A stretch of 64,000 nucleotides of DNA, taken from Zootoca vivipara (taxonomy: Eukaryota). Location of the stretch: positions 16,926,001 through 16,990,000 of the forward strand of contig NC_083280.1 in NCBI RefSeq assembly GCF_963506605.1. The letters are read 5' to 3'. Below the pieces are notes generated by a model. That model did not search any database, was not told the origin of the DNA, and saw only the letters and a list, made by a program, of their open reading frames with translations. Shown piece by piece: positions 61,470 through 64,000 of the stretch (positions are counted from its first letter, which is position 1; each line of letters starts with the position of its first letter). Made by a program: the position numbers and the translations under genes.

Positions 61470-61806
61470 AAAGGTAAAGGTACCCCTGACCGTTAGGTCC
61501 AGTCACGGACGACTCTGGGGTTGTGCGCTCATCTCGCTCTATAGGCCAAGGGAGCCGGCGCTTGTCTGCAGACACCTTCTGGGTCATGTGGCCAGCATGA
61601 CTAAGCCGCTTCTGGCGAACCAGAGCAGTGCACGGAAACGCCGTTTACCTTCCCGCCGGAGCGGTACCTATTTATCTACTTGCACTTTGACGTGCTTTCA
61701 AACTGCTAGGTTGGCAGGAGCTGGAATCACCCCGTTGCGGGGATTCGAACTGCCGACCTCTTGATCTGCAAGCCCTAGGCTCTGTGGTTTAGACCACAGA
61801 ACCACC
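61470..61806 (-). mobile_element. Sauria SINE
   Basis: Reverse complement of the same consensus; aaaggtaaagg tail at 61470; small internal deletion near 61725. Confidence 0.9.
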
Positions 61807-62677
61807 AACACATTATTCCCCAAATCTGAATGTAGTCTAGGCTGAGGGGTTGCAGGTTGCCCACAAAAACTCTGGTTTGGTGACATCTGACTTTTCAGTA
61901 ATGCTGCCTCCTGGGGACCATTCAGCCAACAGTTCCTGATTTCCTGCTCTTTATGTGCTTTTCTCTGATCCTGCCTGTGATGTGAAAAGGGAACAAGCAA
62001 ATTGTTGCCGAAGATGCTTACATTTCTGATAAAATTGCATTCAAAGAATAAAATGGGGGAGAATAAAAGAGTGTTATTCATTAAAAGAATAAAATGGGGG
62101 AGGTGCATATGCATAATCCGAACAAAGCCAGTCCTTGGTGTCACAATAATTTTTGCTATTCTAACTGAGAAAGCAGCATGAGGTAACATGTTTAATTATC
62201 TGTTTTGGGGATGTGAATTTGGTCTGGGATGTGAATTTGGATGTCTTTCCAACTGAACATCATTTCTTAAGAAGTTCTTCTCCAGCTGAGAATTTGCTAA
62301 TTGGTGAGTTTTCAGTTGCTCCTCAAAATATCGTCGTTGTTTTTTTTGGTCCAAGTCCTTGACACTAATCACAACTTGGATAGTCTAGTGTTGTGCCAAA
62401 GCTCATGGATACTTTTAAAGCCTTCTCCCTACAAATATAGAAAGAAGAGAACTGAAGGCTTCTGGGGGCAACTTAGGTGCTCAAGTGCAGAGAGAGAAGC
62501 AGTGAGATAGTAGAGATGGAATTTAAATAAGAGAGCATGATCAGACTACCCAAACCTGGGATATTGCAGGAAAAGAAGCTCCATATCTTGAAAGTGGAGC
62601 CAGCTCAAAGGGTGTGGTGAGAGGAGCCACATGGAATGGAAATCAACAAAGACCAATGTTAACATACATACCAGGAA

Positions 62678-62967
62678 CATACCCTCCAACTCCTGGATTG
62701 AAAAATCCGGGATCAGCGGCAGTGTGGCACCGGAAATTGCTTCTACGCATGTCCAGACATACTCAGAATTGACTTCTGGTGCCGGGCTGTCCGTGTCTGC
62801 ATGTCTGGGCACCAGAAATCGCTTCTGCGCATGTCCAGACATGCACAGACAGCCGGGAGCCAGGAAATACGAGATATTTACGGAATATAATCAATTTGGG
62901 TTAACAGCAGGAAACGGTAACAAAATACGGGGGTTTCCTGCGAAAAACAGGAGACTTGCCAGCTATG
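62678..62967. mobile_element. hAT (Blackjack-like) MITE with internal gcatgtccagacat repeats
   Basis: cataccctccaact...acttgccagctatg; 8-bp TSD accaggaa/acctggaa (7/8). Confidence 0.8.
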
Positions 62968-63044
62968 ACCTGGAACAGTTCCCAGGATTCTTCAAGAGAA
63001 GCCATGCAAGAGTGGCATAAGTGTGCTTTAAATGTAGATGTCAC

Positions 63045-63360
63045 CATAGGAAGCTGTCTTATAGTGAGTGAGATCCTTGGCCCATTTAGCTGAGTACGGT
63101 CTATTATCAGATATGTGGAATTTGTGGCTCTCCATATGTTGTTTGACTTCAACTCCTGTCAAACCCAGCCAGCATGCCCAATGGTCACAGATGATGGCAA
63201 GCAATACCTGGAGGACTCCGGGTTCCCAACCTCAAATCTATACTGAGTGTCGGTGCTTCTCCAGGGTTTCCAGAAAGGTTTCCTCCAGACCTACCTGGAT
63301 GATACCAAGGATTGAGTTTGAGCCATTTTGCACGCAAACCTTACCACCTGGCTACACCCC
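63045..63360 (-). mobile_element. tRNA-Ala-derived SINE (Squam3-like) interrupted by a degenerate palindromic MITE (~63110..63235)
   Basis: cataggaagctgtcttata...ggcccatttagctgagt / ctccagggtttc...cctacctggatgatacc. Confidence 0.65.
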
Positions 63361-63703
63361 TCCCAAAACATGTCTCTCCCATATCAGTTTCTGCAGCCAC
63401 AGCAGGTGCTGCAACCTTCCAAGAGTTTGACTTCACCCCCAAAGGCGCGCTCCTCCATTGTCTCCCGGGACAAACAGATACCAACCCATCACGGCCCTTC
63501 CAGAATAATACTGCATACCGAGGCAGAATATCTCAGTGAGCTCAAGGTATGAAAAGCAAATGACTATGGCTAGTTTATTACCAAAAGTCCTGCAATGTCA
63601 GGTAATGCATGTTACCCATGGGCATCAACACAGACGGAGACATGCACCCTGGCTGTCTCTTCCATGGGTTCTTGTTTTATTCCTTGCTATTCTACCGGCA
63701 CAA

Positions 63704-64000
63704 GGGACCCAGGTGGCGCTGTGGTTAAACCAAAGAGCCTAGGGCTTGCTGATCAGAAGGTCGGCGGTTCGAATCCCTGTGACGGGGTGAGCTCCCGTTG
63801 CTTGGTCCCAGCTCCTGCCAACCTAGCAGTTCGAAAGCACGTCAAAATGCAAGTAGATAAATAGGAACCGCTACAGTGGGAAGGTAAACAGCGTTTCCAT
63901 GTGCTGCTCTGGTTTGCCAGAAGCGGCTTTGTCATGCTGGCCACATGACCTGGAAGCTATACGCCGGTTCCCTCGGCCAATAATGTGAGATGAGCGCGCA
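63704..64000 (+). mobile_element. Sauria SINE (cut off by the window end)
   Basis: Nearly identical to 33624..33920. Confidence 0.92.

Overview
Vertebrate genomic DNA, almost certainly from a squamate and probably a lacertid lizard. The repeat content points that way: Sauria SINEs, BovB, CR1, L2, tRNA-derived SINEs and many hAT and Tc1/mariner MITEs. The window holds the SERPINI1<->PDCD10->WDR49 block known from other amniotes. (1) PDCD10/CCM3 is complete on the + strand: 7 coding exons, 40674..53536, 639 nt = 212 aa + stop, all introns GT-AG, poly(A) signal at 53951. (2) A CpG-island bidirectional promoter at ~26.3-27.4 kb carries two back-to-back ACTACAnnTCCC (ZNF143/THAP11-type) motifs. 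It most likely also drives SERPINI1 on the - strand; only a non-coding first exon is visible, so 1..26409 would be intron 1. (3) The probable first coding exon of WDR49 (58461..58583) lies behind an RFX X-box. Almost all supplied ORFs are spurious or TE-derived. The most interesting observations are a ~1.9 kb Pack-TIR-like DNA element with cargo and nested inverted repeats, a palindromic hAT MITE family spreading the same ACTACAnnTCCCA motif that the promoter uses, a tRNA-Ile(GAT)-headed SINE with a CR1 tail, an intact solo LTR, and a possible ancient retroviral pol relic. TE family names come from recalled consensus features, not database searches. I did not find a clearly new gene system.
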